This document shows, in pieces, positions 1-9,490 of a stretch of 26,561 nucleotides of DNA (position 1 is the first letter of the stretch; each line of letters begins with the position of its first letter). Below the pieces are notes generated by a model that had not been told where the DNA came from, did no database searches, and worked only from the letters and a program-made list of their open reading frames with translations. Position numbers and translations under genes: made by a program. Origin of the DNA: a virus (Duplodnaviria > Caudoviricetes); the IMG/VR virus record IMGVR_UViG_3300025498_000017, positions 1 to 26,561 of that record. One strand, 5' to 3'.

Positions 1-30
1 TAGAAGTTCCAACGGTCTGCTCGTAACCAT
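1..30 (-). CDS. 5' end of a gene running off the window (MVTSRPLELL...)
   Basis: ATG at 30 preceded by GGAGGAAT Shine-Dalgarno; same orientation as the operon. Confidence 0.6.
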   Translation of the reverse strand, partial: MVTSRPLELL

Positions 31-81
31 ATTCCTCCTACAATCATTACGCTCGGGTAATTAGTCCGAGGATGCTATCAA

Positions 82-795
82 CTATTGCGACTCCAAAGGA
101 AGCAGTGTCAGATTCACCTGAACCTGAGTAGAACCGCCCGAAAGGTTGGTCACTGCGATGTACAGGTTCGTCGTCTGGGGCGTGTTCGAATTTGCCCCCA
201 CCCGATTCTGCCAATTCCAAATATAAGGGGCCGTGTCTAGTACCAAATCCGTAATCAGATTATTTCCAAGTTCAGCAGCCAATGGCGCATATTTTGGTCG
301 GCTAGCATCCGCTGCCATGGCAATCGAACTGCCATATATCCGAATTTCACACGGCCCTGTAGCAGTACACGTAATCAGTTGAAAGGATTTCGCCGTAAGA
401 TTCAACACCCCATAACTGGTATTTCCAGAATTCAACAAGGGTGTCACATACGTTATAGTTTGAGCCTTCAAACTCGTGGGCGCGCTTGTACTAGCGCCCG
501 ATGACGGTGCACTTACGACCGTAGTATTATTTACTGTAGACCCACTCCCAGAACCCGTAACGGTAGACGGAAGAGGAAGAAGTCTACGACGAGGGACGTT
601 TGCATCCCCATCATTAAACTGGCGTAATGTATCCGGCCCTGCTGCTGTCGGTGGGATCGGGCTTCTAATCCACGGATTGACTTTGAAACTATTAGTCTGG
701 CCCGGTACTGTTACCGGCGTGAGAGCCAACGGGGGTACCGCAGGGACAAACCCCGCTGGGCTATCTTTTCTGAGCGTATCTGATAAAGCTGGCAT
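82..795 (-). CDS. Putative virion structural protein (Pro/Ser/Thr-rich N-half, beta-rich C-domain)
   Basis: 237-aa ORF; start overlaps the upstream stop (TAATG); position in tail module. Confidence 0.55.
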   Translation of the reverse strand: MPALSDTLRKDSPAGFVPAVPPLALTPVTVPGQTNSFKVNPWIRSPIPPTAAGPDTLRQFNDGDANVPRRRLLPLPSTVTGSGSGSTVNNTTVVSAPSSGASTSAPTSLKAQTITYVTPLLNSGNTSYGVLNLTAKSFQLITCTATGPCEIRIYGSSIAMAADASRPKYAPLAAELGNNLITDLVLDTAPYIWNWQNRVGANSNTPQTTNLYIAVTNLSGGSTQVQVNLTLLPLESQ

Positions 796-3700
796 TATTG
801 CTCCACCTCATAGGCTCCCCACAATGAGAAGCTCTGTAATTCATTGGGGGCGTTCTCTGATGGCCATTGCACCATTAACTGAAGATGTCTGCAATAAGCT
901 GCTTCGTCAGGATCATCCGACAGATAGAATCTCTGTGAAAGAATCGACTTGCTTGGCTTCAATGTCGGCGGGTCATATTCCCACTTCTTGAGAATGTCGA
1001 ACGATCCCTTATAGTACGGAAGGGCTTCATCTACAAGCAAGCCGATTACCATAGGAGAACCAACGTTTACGGAATCAGTAGTAATGAATCCAACCTTGGC
1101 CACTTGTCCGGGCAGCGCGAGTATGTACGATCCGAATACTGCATATGCAGGGTACGGAACGCCTACAGAACTGAGCGATACTTCATCAGTATTAGCATTC
1201 AAATACCGATACAGTATGTTTCCGGCATTCGATCCTATCAAAAGGTTGTGTACGCCCGGAGATGTTTGAACCGATGCAATCGCACCTATTCCGCCTTGGA
1301 TAGTAGAAAACGGACTCCAGCATATCCCACTTTCGGGAGATGGCGTGTTAATCAGTTTATACCAACCAAATTGGCCGTCACCGACGAACCATCCTTGATC
1401 TTCACCATTAGTATACCATGCGACATATACTTTTGTAGTATCCCAAGAGGTGCCCGGTTTCCCGTTATTCTGGCGGAATTGATCGCCAATGGGATAGCCG
1501 ACATAGCTAAGTCCCGCGCTGGGGTCTAGGATTACGAACTGTTTATCGGTCGTAAAGAATCCAATCAACGTCCCATCGATGTCCAGTGCGTTGTAATTCG
1601 CCAACCCAACACCCTGTAAATATGGAACCGCAGGGAGGATTGGGGAATTAGTCGTCCCGTTTCCTCCGATTATGTATATATCCGAGATCGTCAAAACTAG
1701 TATACCTATGGAGAGTGGGACGAGCCGGACTACACGAGACGGTAGTACATCACTGCTCAGAGGACCCGTACCTGTGCCGTTTCCTGACGGACTGGATGAT
1801 CCAGACGTATAGTATACAGTATTCCCAATGCTATAAAATCCTCTACCTAAATGGTAGGTCAGATTGGCAACGCCGGGAAGCGGTGGAGTATTCTCGCCCG
1901 CCTGTGCACCTTCGATCAATTCATCGAGATCGATATCGGGGGTTGTGTCGATATACCCATTCTGGATATATTGCGTAAGTGGAACCGTCCAATATGAGTT
2001 CCCGAGACCCGGAATGAGTAGCGGGATAGACCCGCCATCCGTAGACCTAAATATCGCCACGTAATCTGCCTGTGGATCAATTACCGCAGGAAGACCCGAT
2101 CCCGCTGGAATTGTAATATTACCATTCGTAATCGGTCCTGTACCGAGACTGACCGGACTTACGTTGGATACGGTGTTGTCGAGCGTGTTTACGAGCGCAA
2201 TCCAGTACAGCCATCCTTGCGCGGATGTCGCGGAAATCTCGCCTAACCCCGGAGTAATTGGGGGAATTGAGCCTAGATTAAGCCATTGCAACGGCATCTG
2301 ATCGGCGGTAAGACTACCTTTAAGTGTTTGCCATGTTGGAGGAGTAGCGCCCGAAACTCCAGTTTCATACGACATCTCTTCGTTACTATTAGAGTCGATT
2401 ACTGTCACGTCAGGTAGAGTCACTGGAGTGAGATTCTGGACCGCAAAATCTGTCACAGGCCCGAGATTGTACCATTTCAACTGATCCCCGTTAACCGGCC
2501 CTGAACTAGAAACTGCCCCTATTAAAGATGCAGGAGAAGGGTTAGGAGACGCATTGTCATCAAGGACGCCCGGATACGTAAACTGCGGGGCAGAAAGAAG
2601 ATTCCATGATGCGCTTCCAAACGTAGGCGGATTCGTAACCGTTTCGAACCATGGCTGCGTCGTAGCAGATTCTGGAACAATCTGAGAACCATTCGCCGTA
2701 ACTATAAATGCGTTACGCGGATGAGCTTCACTTCCGTATGCACGAGCATAGTCGAACTCAATGCCGTATACGCCTGCGGTCGGAAAGTTAATCAAAGCGG
2801 TATAGCTACAAAAGTATTCATTGCCGGGACCGTTTACTCCCGCAAGAATTGGATATCCATTCCATGCGGTAAGTGTTCTTGTTCCCATGTGCGCGAGATT
2901 GGATTCCCCATTCTGTTGAGAACCAGAAGAAGGAGTCTGTGTAAAGCTGACTAACGTCGCTCCCGATGCGGCATCCACTCCAAAGTAGCATGTGCTATTC
3001 GCCGTATAATTGAATGCGACAGTCATATTGTCAACAGGAATTCGTATCTTTCCATATTGGCAAAATTCAAACCCTGCCGATTGACTAGGCATACCAGGCC
3101 AAGGTTCAGTCTGTGTCGCTGCGTTAACCTCTCCCGCACTATTCATCGTGGGAACTTGCATAGGGGTCTGAAGCCCATTAGTCGAGAAATAGTCCCAGAG
3201 TATAGATGTAATCCCTGTTGCAGAAGCCGTAGGTATCGCAGGAGTCGATGTCCCATACAATACAGGAGCGCCAACTGTACCACTGTAATTCAGATCGAAT
3301 GCGCCTGCGTGCGTACCGTCATCACTTACTTGGGAATTGGAGTGATTAAAGAATTGACACGTCCATCCGATATGGCCTGTTGTACCCCCGCCATACGTAC
3401 ATGAGATCGGAACGTTAATGTTATTCGCGGGAATGTTCTTTTGGAGCATGAACAGATTGCCCGCTGCAATTACGAATTGGCCTGTATACCAATCGGGTAG
3501 AAATGCACCGTCTTCAGGCGTTGCCGTCGGCCATGGATACGCACCTGAGTACGTGCCTTCTTTTACAGCTGTATGAGCCGCCCAAGTATCTTGTGAGGCT
3601 AGTACCGTTCCGACGTTCTTGAATACCGCAGTACCGCTGGTAACCGGTTGCCCGAGTGCAGGAGTAGGATATGCCAGAAATGGCGCAGCAGTCGATCCAG

Positions 3701-4928
3701 TAGTACCCGCAGTTGTAACCTGCCAGATGTTATTGTTGCTGTCGATGAACACACCGGGGGCGGAATAGTATGTATTCGCCCGCCATCCGACGGTAGTCGA
3801 GTTTATGTCCGAAGTCGTAACAGGAGCGTTCGGTGCGGCAATTCCCCAATTCTCAACAGTAGAGCCTCTGTTTATCCAGAGCACATTCCCATCAAGAACC
3901 AAATTCCCGCCATTCGTAACCGAAGCACCATAAAGTGAATTCGTAACGGAAACGTAACTTGTTCCCCACATCGGCTGTGTGCTTCCAGTCTCGGCGACTA
4001 TAGGAGTCGTTCCGATTTGCTGAATCCATCCTGTATCCGCTGCGGATGAATAATCTGCATGATGTACAGCGGCAGTAAACGTCCATGTTCCTGAACCCGC
4101 TACATATGGAGTTTGGGCCGTAACAATAAGCCCATTCAGCCAAGTCTCGGTCGAGAGCCCCCAAAGCATGAAGGACGAACCCAGACCCGAGGCTTTCAAA
4201 GGATAGCTGGTAGTGTCAGCATTCGGAGCAGCCATGTTGATGGTAAGCGTAAGCACATTGGACGCTACCGCGACGTTTGTAATAGTACCGGCTGCAATAC
4301 CGATGAGCTGCTGAATCTGTTGAGTGTTCGAAGTCGGAGAAGTCGTTCCCGTCAGCATATACGTAGTGAAGAACGGATACGTTCCCGCGAGCCCATTTGA
4401 TCCTTGAAACTGGAAATTCGGTGCCCATTCGATTAGGGACTGTAGCCACTTCTTGTTATCTACGCCATTCGAGAAATACAATTCATTCCCGATGGCTTGC
4501 ATGTATGTCTGGCCAGTGACCGCCGCGTCAGTAAATACATTCTGTTTTACACCGTTCAGGGATGCACTAAGCGATCCCTGCTCGGCGACCATGGTAAAAA
4601 TCTCTTCGAGAATAAGACCGAAGGCATCTGCGGCAGCTTTATTTACCGGAAACTCGTAGAAGGATTGAATGCCTGTATACGTATTGGTATCGAACGATGT
4701 AGTACCCGGTCTACGGATTAAAGTAAGCCGATTGGAAACTTCGACATTCGACCCGGCGATCATTACGTCACCGTACGATAGCTTATAGAACTGCTCGTAC
4801 ATGCTGGGAAGAGAACCGCGCAACGGCGAACGATTGGTATACAACCCCGAGAAGATTCTCCCAGTATAGATCGCGGCATACTTTGGTTGTTTCTGCGGTT
4901 GACCACCCGCGCCTTGAATCTGTGACAT
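795..4928 (-). CDS. Large tail nozzle / tubular-B-like (P22 gp10-like) protein with long internal insertion of putative carbohydrate-binding modules
   Basis: 1377 aa; SD AAGGAG; N-term GSNVEVSNRLTLIRRPG and a beta-propeller-like C-region resemble podophage nozzle/stabilisation proteins; follows the adaptor genes. Confidence 0.6.
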   Translation of the reverse strand: MSQIQGAGGQPQKQPKYAAIYTGRIFSGLYTNRSPLRGSLPSMYEQFYKLSYGDVMIAGSNVEVSNRLTLIRRPGTTSFDTNTYTGIQSFYEFPVNKAAADAFGLILEEIFTMVAEQGSLSASLNGVKQNVFTDAAVTGQTYMQAIGNELYFSNGVDNKKWLQSLIEWAPNFQFQGSNGLAGTYPFFTTYMLTGTTSPTSNTQQIQQLIGIAAGTITNVAVASNVLTLTINMAAPNADTTSYPLKASGLGSSFMLWGLSTETWLNGLIVTAQTPYVAGSGTWTFTAAVHHADYSSAADTGWIQQIGTTPIVAETGSTQPMWGTSYVSVTNSLYGASVTNGGNLVLDGNVLWINRGSTVENWGIAAPNAPVTTSDINSTTVGWRANTYYSAPGVFIDSNNNIWQVTTAGTTGSTAAPFLAYPTPALGQPVTSGTAVFKNVGTVLASQDTWAAHTAVKEGTYSGAYPWPTATPEDGAFLPDWYTGQFVIAAGNLFMLQKNIPANNINVPISCTYGGGTTGHIGWTCQFFNHSNSQVSDDGTHAGAFDLNYSGTVGAPVLYGTSTPAIPTASATGITSILWDYFSTNGLQTPMQVPTMNSAGEVNAATQTEPWPGMPSQSAGFEFCQYGKIRIPVDNMTVAFNYTANSTCYFGVDAASGATLVSFTQTPSSGSQQNGESNLAHMGTRTLTAWNGYPILAGVNGPGNEYFCSYTALINFPTAGVYGIEFDYARAYGSEAHPRNAFIVTANGSQIVPESATTQPWFETVTNPPTFGSASWNLLSAPQFTYPGVLDDNASPNPSPASLIGAVSSSGPVNGDQLKWYNLGPVTDFAVQNLTPVTLPDVTVIDSNSNEEMSYETGVSGATPPTWQTLKGSLTADQMPLQWLNLGSIPPITPGLGEISATSAQGWLYWIALVNTLDNTVSNVSPVSLGTGPITNGNITIPAGSGLPAVIDPQADYVAIFRSTDGGSIPLLIPGLGNSYWTVPLTQYIQNGYIDTTPDIDLDELIEGAQAGENTPPLPGVANLTYHLGRGFYSIGNTVYYTSGSSSPSGNGTGTGPLSSDVLPSRVVRLVPLSIGILVLTISDIYIIGGNGTTNSPILPAVPYLQGVGLANYNALDIDGTLIGFFTTDKQFVILDPSAGLSYVGYPIGDQFRQNNGKPGTSWDTTKVYVAWYTNGEDQGWFVGDGQFGWYKLINTPSPESGICWSPFSTIQGGIGAIASVQTSPGVHNLLIGSNAGNILYRYLNANTDEVSLSSVGVPYPAYAVFGSYILALPGQVAKVGFITTDSVNVGSPMVIGLLVDEALPYYKGSFDILKKWEYDPPTLKPSKSILSQRFYLSDDPDEAAYCRHLQLMVQWPSENAPNELQSFSLWGAYEVEQ

Positions 4929-4936
4929 GCTACTCC

Positions 4937-6250
4937 TTACGGCGTCGTATCCTCTAGATACATGTATTCTGTGATGAACGTGCTGACCATCGTGTTACCA
5001 GTAACCGGGACATTTGCATTATTACAAAACCACATCTGCTGAGTACTCGTCGGAATGCCGGTAGTAATGGTCTTAGTCCCAAGCACTACTCCATCGATTA
5101 TAGGAGTCAACACCCCACCGGACAAGGTAAACTCCAAAGTATGTCGAACTCCACTACCTACGGGTATGAGGGTATCGACTGGCGTTGGACTACCATTAAC
5201 ATCCGCTATGAGCAAAAAATTGCCGGGGCCAGCGACGGTAACGTTGATGATAAATCCGATACAATCTGTACCCGGATACAGAATATCCCCAATAGACCCT
5301 CCCCAAACATTGACAGTACCGATAAACCACATACCATAACCTGAAGTCACGGTTACCTGAGCCGTAGTCTTGAACTTCAACCCATGAGCAGGGAGAGCCC
5401 ATGAAAATGACGGTTCTTGCAAGTACGAAAGACTGTTATTAGTTGCATTAAATCTACAACCCCATCCGTTACTGGCGCTCGGAGAAATTAATGTTGCAGC
5501 ATTGTTAGCACTATAACCTATACTCTGGACGGGGATCGAATTCATGAAAGGGGGTACTATTGAACTCGGGCATACCTGAAAAAAATGAAATACGGATACA
5601 TCTGGTGACGGGAGTGATGCGGGAGCCAAAGGTGCAGTATTGTTTACTTTAACATCCCCTGATCCATCCTGAGTAATATGTATATTCGTCCCATCTACAA
5701 GATTCAAAAGTGCTTGATCACCATTAAGGATACTATTGGTCTTTAGGGTAGGCCCGCTAGGTATAGATGCCGAGGCTGAAACTCTCCCACCTCCATTATC
5801 TGTAAATGTTACGTTGCCCGTATTTACCAAATCAAGGACCGTAGATGAACTCAGCGGAGACCCCTCTACTTCCACCCCAATTCCCGCTTGAAGTGATGGA
5901 AACCAACTAATTACCTGATTCGGAACCCATGTACCTAGATCAAACGTTCCCGTACCTTCAATTTGCTGGTTATTAGGCCCGAAGGCGATTTGACCTTCAG
6001 AAGTATACCCGGTCACCGTGTAATAGCTGTTTATAGGTAACATTACATCATTACCCCACACAAATATTCCCGGTGAGGAAACTACATCTCCAAAAGCATC
6101 AAGAGGAACAGTGATAGTAATTCCCGCACAAATTTGGAAATCATTTACTGATTCATCATTATTAAGTACCATCTTTAGATAACCATCGCTAAGGAGGTTA
6201 CCTTGGCTATCTTGGAAGTGTCCACCTGTCAACTGTACCATTGCACTCAT
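4937..6250 (-). CDS. Putative tail fibre / receptor-binding protein
   Basis: 437 aa; N-terminal domain shared with the C-terminus of the upstream protein; LNLVDGTNIHIT-type fibre repeats; beta-rich C-terminal head. Confidence 0.55.
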   Translation of the reverse strand: MSAMVQLTGGHFQDSQGNLLSDGYLKMVLNNDESVNDFQICAGITITVPLDAFGDVVSSPGIFVWGNDVMLPINSYYTVTGYTSEGQIAFGPNNQQIEGTGTFDLGTWVPNQVISWFPSLQAGIGVEVEGSPLSSSTVLDLVNTGNVTFTDNGGGRVSASASIPSGPTLKTNSILNGDQALLNLVDGTNIHITQDGSGDVKVNNTAPLAPASLPSPDVSVFHFFQVCPSSIVPPFMNSIPVQSIGYSANNAATLISPSASNGWGCRFNATNNSLSYLQEPSFSWALPAHGLKFKTTAQVTVTSGYGMWFIGTVNVWGGSIGDILYPGTDCIGFIINVTVAGPGNFLLIADVNGSPTPVDTLIPVGSGVRHTLEFTLSGGVLTPIIDGVVLGTKTITTGIPTSTQQMWFCNNANVPVTGNTMVSTFITEYMYLEDTTP

Positions 6251-6257
6251 AATTTTC

Positions 6258-7493
6258 CTATGGGGTCAATACGACCAAATCCTCTTCGTACGCTAACTGT
6301 CCATCTGCGGTATATGCCCGTACCCTATACGTAGTATCGGGAGATATGGCATCTGAAGTCATCTGGTCACTCGGCCAAAGAAAACCTACAAGATTCCCGT
6401 TTACGTCTAGTGTGAAACTCGTAAGAATGCCCGCACTAATCTGCTGTCCATTTATCGTCATGGCATCAGTATTCAATCGAAAGGTAACCGTACCATATGA
6501 CAAGGGATTGCCGGATGCATCTTGAAAATTGTATAGGACTGGAATTTTCGAAGAAACGTATGTATATCCATTCGTAAGGGTTGCCGTACCTGCTGATTCC
6601 TGTACGATTACATTTACGGTCTCTGGAAAGTGTACTGGCGTTACGCACGTAATCTCTGTCAGAGAGACGACTACCACATCAGTTGCGGCAACGCCGCCAA
6701 AAGATACAATAACCCCGGATGTAAAATTTGTTCCCGTAATCGTTACTGAAGCTCCGCCTGAAGACGGCCCACTGTTTGATACTATGCTAGTAATCGTAGG
6801 CACAGGATTCGGAGTATGAAACGCTACAGCTACACAGGACCAATAAGGTGATCCACCCGGTCCATCAGACGATACACCAAATAACGTAGGAATACTACCC
6901 GCCGCTTGGCTCAATATGTATTGAATCGTATATCCCGTATATCCAGAACCCGGAGCGAAATAAGACCCATCAGCCGTATATGAAGCGACGAGGATAAAAT
7001 CTGTAGCACTTGTTACTAGATTTGCAGTATGAGCGGACGGAGTTCCTGTACCCGTCCCTGTCGCGCTAGTGTCTACCGTCCCCGCAAGTCCAGTCATTTC
7101 GTATAATTCTATTTGAACGGCAAGGGTATTACAAGTAGTCGGTGCTGTCGTGACAGTGACCGAAGTATGTGTAGTCGTCGCAAGAGCGGGGGCGTTCGCG
7201 CAAACATAGATCGCTACTGCACTTCCATAGGTCTTAATACCAGTAAATACACCCTCATTACCAATTCCGTTGATCAAGGTCCATGTCAATCCGGGGGTAG
7301 TAGGCGTATTTATCGTCGGTATAGGGACTGCACCAGTGTTTAGTAAATCTCTTACTGAAACTACGCAGATGAGGGTATTATCTAAAAGTGTTGAACTAGA
7401 AAATGGACTGCTGGAGTTATCAAGTGTCGCACTACTAACGCTACTGAAACTATGAAATGCGCCGGAAGTTTGGCGTATAACTGGTATACTCAT
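6258..7493 (-). CDS. Virion protein with IPT/TIG (Ig-like) domain
   Basis: PTITSIVSNSGPSSGGASVTITGTNF...VSFGG...ITCVTP...GYTY is a typical IPT/TIG signature. Confidence 0.7.
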   Translation of the reverse strand: MSIPVIRQTSGAFHSFSSVSSATLDNSSSPFSSSTLLDNTLICVVSVRDLLNTGAVPIPTINTPTTPGLTWTLINGIGNEGVFTGIKTYGSAVAIYVCANAPALATTTHTSVTVTTAPTTCNTLAVQIELYEMTGLAGTVDTSATGTGTGTPSAHTANLVTSATDFILVASYTADGSYFAPGSGYTGYTIQYILSQAAGSIPTLFGVSSDGPGGSPYWSCVAVAFHTPNPVPTITSIVSNSGPSSGGASVTITGTNFTSGVIVSFGGVAATDVVVVSLTEITCVTPVHFPETVNVIVQESAGTATLTNGYTYVSSKIPVLYNFQDASGNPLSYGTVTFRLNTDAMTINGQQISAGILTSFTLDVNGNLVGFLWPSDQMTSDAISPDTTYRVRAYTADGQLAYEEDLVVLTP

Positions 7494-7505
7494 TTGACCT
7501 CACCA

Positions 7506-8030
7506 TTAAACTCCTGCGACGGCGGCAAAGCGACCGAGTTCATCTTTCTGGCGCAACTTGCGGTGATCTATAAAAACGAAGGAATCATCTGTCATTCGGG
7601 CTTGCGGCAATTCTCTATTCACCGCTCGTTTGATCCAATTACAATTGGCACAAAGCAGTTGATAGATTTCGCCCGGAACTGTCTTCAAAACAGTATCGAG
7701 CAATCGAGAACCTTCCGCCCCTTTAACTCTTCGACATTGTGCCCCATCTCCCATCACGTGGTCGATTTGTAGACACCGGGTATCCTTACAACCTCGGGAA
7801 CCATCTGCATTAAAGGAAGTACAATCCTGGTCGGAACACCGTCCTCCGAGATACTCAATTACGGCTTCTCGCTTCGCCTGATACTTTAGATAAGCATTGT
7901 CTTTCTTGTAAACCCTTCGCCTGAACTTTTCATCGGTAGCGTACCTCTCTCGTTTCTTTTCATTCAATTTTGAAAGATACACTTTACGGGCTTCCGCAGG
8001 GAGCGATTCCAACCATTTATTATTGCTCAT
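7506..8030 (-). CDS. Free-standing HNH-type homing endonuclease
   Basis: LGGRC..C...LQIDHV.GDG...YQLLCANCNWIKR; likely start ATG 8030 overlapping the upstream stop (track start 8096 overlaps the previous gene). Confidence 0.8.
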   Translation of the reverse strand: MSNNKWLESLPAEARKVYLSKLNEKKRERYATDEKFRRRVYKKDNAYLKYQAKREAVIEYLGGRCSDQDCTSFNADGSRGCKDTRCLQIDHVMGDGAQCRRVKGAEGSRLLDTVLKTVPGEIYQLLCANCNWIKRAVNRELPQARMTDDSFVFIDHRKLRQKDELGRFAAVAGV

Positions 8031-8986
8031 TAGGTTTGCCTCGCTTGTATTCCTTGTTGGGTCCACATCGTCTGTTGTCCTGTTAAATTGTTCCACCCAT
8101 TTAGAAAAATGTTCCGTTCCTCTTCGGTAAGTCCTTCCGCCCTAGCGAGTAGCCCTGCGGTAAACTTCTGGTTTGCAATCTGGAATCTATTGTCATCCGC
8201 GAACATCCAGATTAGAGCGAGGAAGCCCCACGAATAAATGTACTGCATGAAGTCCGGCATCGGAGCCCATGTCTGGTTCAGACTAGTGATCTCCGGGGCC
8301 GCATTCATTACGTGTAATGATACAGGGAAGTTGGCCGACGGAGAAGGCATTACACGGAAGGTAACATTCCCGTTACCATCTTCCACCTCCGGGCCGATAT
8401 ACATTGGTCGGGCCTGAATGGAATCGAGGGCAAGATTATTCTCTACCTTCAACTCAATCCACTTTGCAGGCGTCTTCGTAATATCAAGAACAGACGCATG
8501 CTCAATGTGCGAAAAGTTCGGTACGGGGACTACATAATCCTGCGCTGTAGCCATTGTCAATACGGGCGTGCCTGTAGCGGCAGTAGGGCTTAGATTTACG
8601 AAGTCTACATTTGCTGTAATCTGCGTGGGAGATGTAACAAGATTTACAAGCAATTGACCGTTCAGGAATGCCGTCGCCCCGGTGAGTCCGCCTACTAGAA
8701 TCAAATTACCTAGAGCGAAAGAGTTTACCGAAGGGATTGTTACAACGCCATTCGTAATAGAGATGTTGCCAGCTATAGGAGCCGAATAAGGGGTCGAAGA
8801 GGTATTGAAGGATACTTCCTGCACGTTCCACCACCAAACAAACGGCGGGCCGAGTATGGTCTGCATCACCACATTCGCAATAGTTTTAGCAGGTTCGAGG
8901 GAGTTACCAATTCCAGAATTACGGTTGAAACTAAATCGTTTCGCCCATTCTACTGTATCCATGATCTTTACGGTTGATAATGCCAT
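8030..8986 (-). CDS. Head-tail adaptor / tail tubular A-like protein (paralog 2)
   Basis: 318 aa; IANVVMQTILGPPFVWWWN and C-terminal PMPDFMQYIY helix resemble adaptor proteins; aligns with 9491..10711. Confidence 0.55.
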   Translation of the reverse strand: MALSTVKIMDTVEWAKRFSFNRNSGIGNSLEPAKTIANVVMQTILGPPFVWWWNVQEVSFNTSSTPYSAPIAGNISITNGVVTIPSVNSFALGNLILVGGLTGATAFLNGQLLVNLVTSPTQITANVDFVNLSPTAATGTPVLTMATAQDYVVPVPNFSHIEHASVLDITKTPAKWIELKVENNLALDSIQARPMYIGPEVEDGNGNVTFRVMPSPSANFPVSLHVMNAAPEITSLNQTWAPMPDFMQYIYSWGFLALIWMFADDNRFQIANQKFTAGLLARAEGLTEEERNIFLNGWNNLTGQQTMWTQQGIQARQT

Positions 8987-9440
8987 TGGAGATTCCTTCT
9001 AAAAACTTAATCAGATCAGTCTTGTTGTACTTCACAAGATACTGAATGACTTTGATGATATGTGGCTCTAACTTTCCCAGAGCCGTGTTGCATGTCGCAC
9101 ACAAGATTCCACGATGTGTACCGGGCTTATCATGTTCATGGTCAGTGTGCCAAACATCGTTGAAGCCCTTACCCCACTTCAATCCAGTGCGTCCACAGAT
9201 ATCACAAGCATTTCCTTGTGCCACTAATTCAGCATCTCGTTCTGCGAGCGTCCAACCATATAAAGTCACGCATTGGCGTTCATTCTTTCGCAAGTTGTGG
9301 GCGGCGGGATCAAGGGCACGAGCTTTATTCGCCCTATCCCGAGCGCATTGCTTACAAAAACGAAAACTCACTTTGTCGTTAGAAAAATGACCCGTGTTTT
9401 CAGGGGTATACTCGTGACCATTGCCGCAATGTGTGTTCAT
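8931..9440 (-). CDS. Free-standing endonuclease VII-like homing endonuclease with N-terminal Zn-binding domain
   Basis: YGWTL...QGNACDICG...HTDHEH...RGILCATCNTALG (Endo VII motif); N-term THCGNGHEYTPENT...CKQC. Confidence 0.85.
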   Translation of the reverse strand: MNTHCGNGHEYTPENTGHFSNDKVSFRFCKQCARDRANKARALDPAAHNLRKNERQCVTLYGWTLAERDAELVAQGNACDICGRTGLKWGKGFNDVWHTDHEHDKPGTHRGILCATCNTALGKLEPHIIKVIQYLVKYNKTDLIKFLEGISNGIINRKDHGYSRMGETI

Positions 9441-9455
9441 AGTTTCTCCTATTTA

Positions 9456-9485
9456 ATAATACCATTAAGGAGAACCTATTGTCAA
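9456..9485 (-). promoter_or_regulatory. sigma70-type promoter for the Endo VII gene
   Basis: TTGACA(9485-9480)-18 nt-TATTAT(9461-9456) with TGn extension; SD AGGAG downstream. Confidence 0.65.
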
Positions 9486-9490
9486 GAAAA

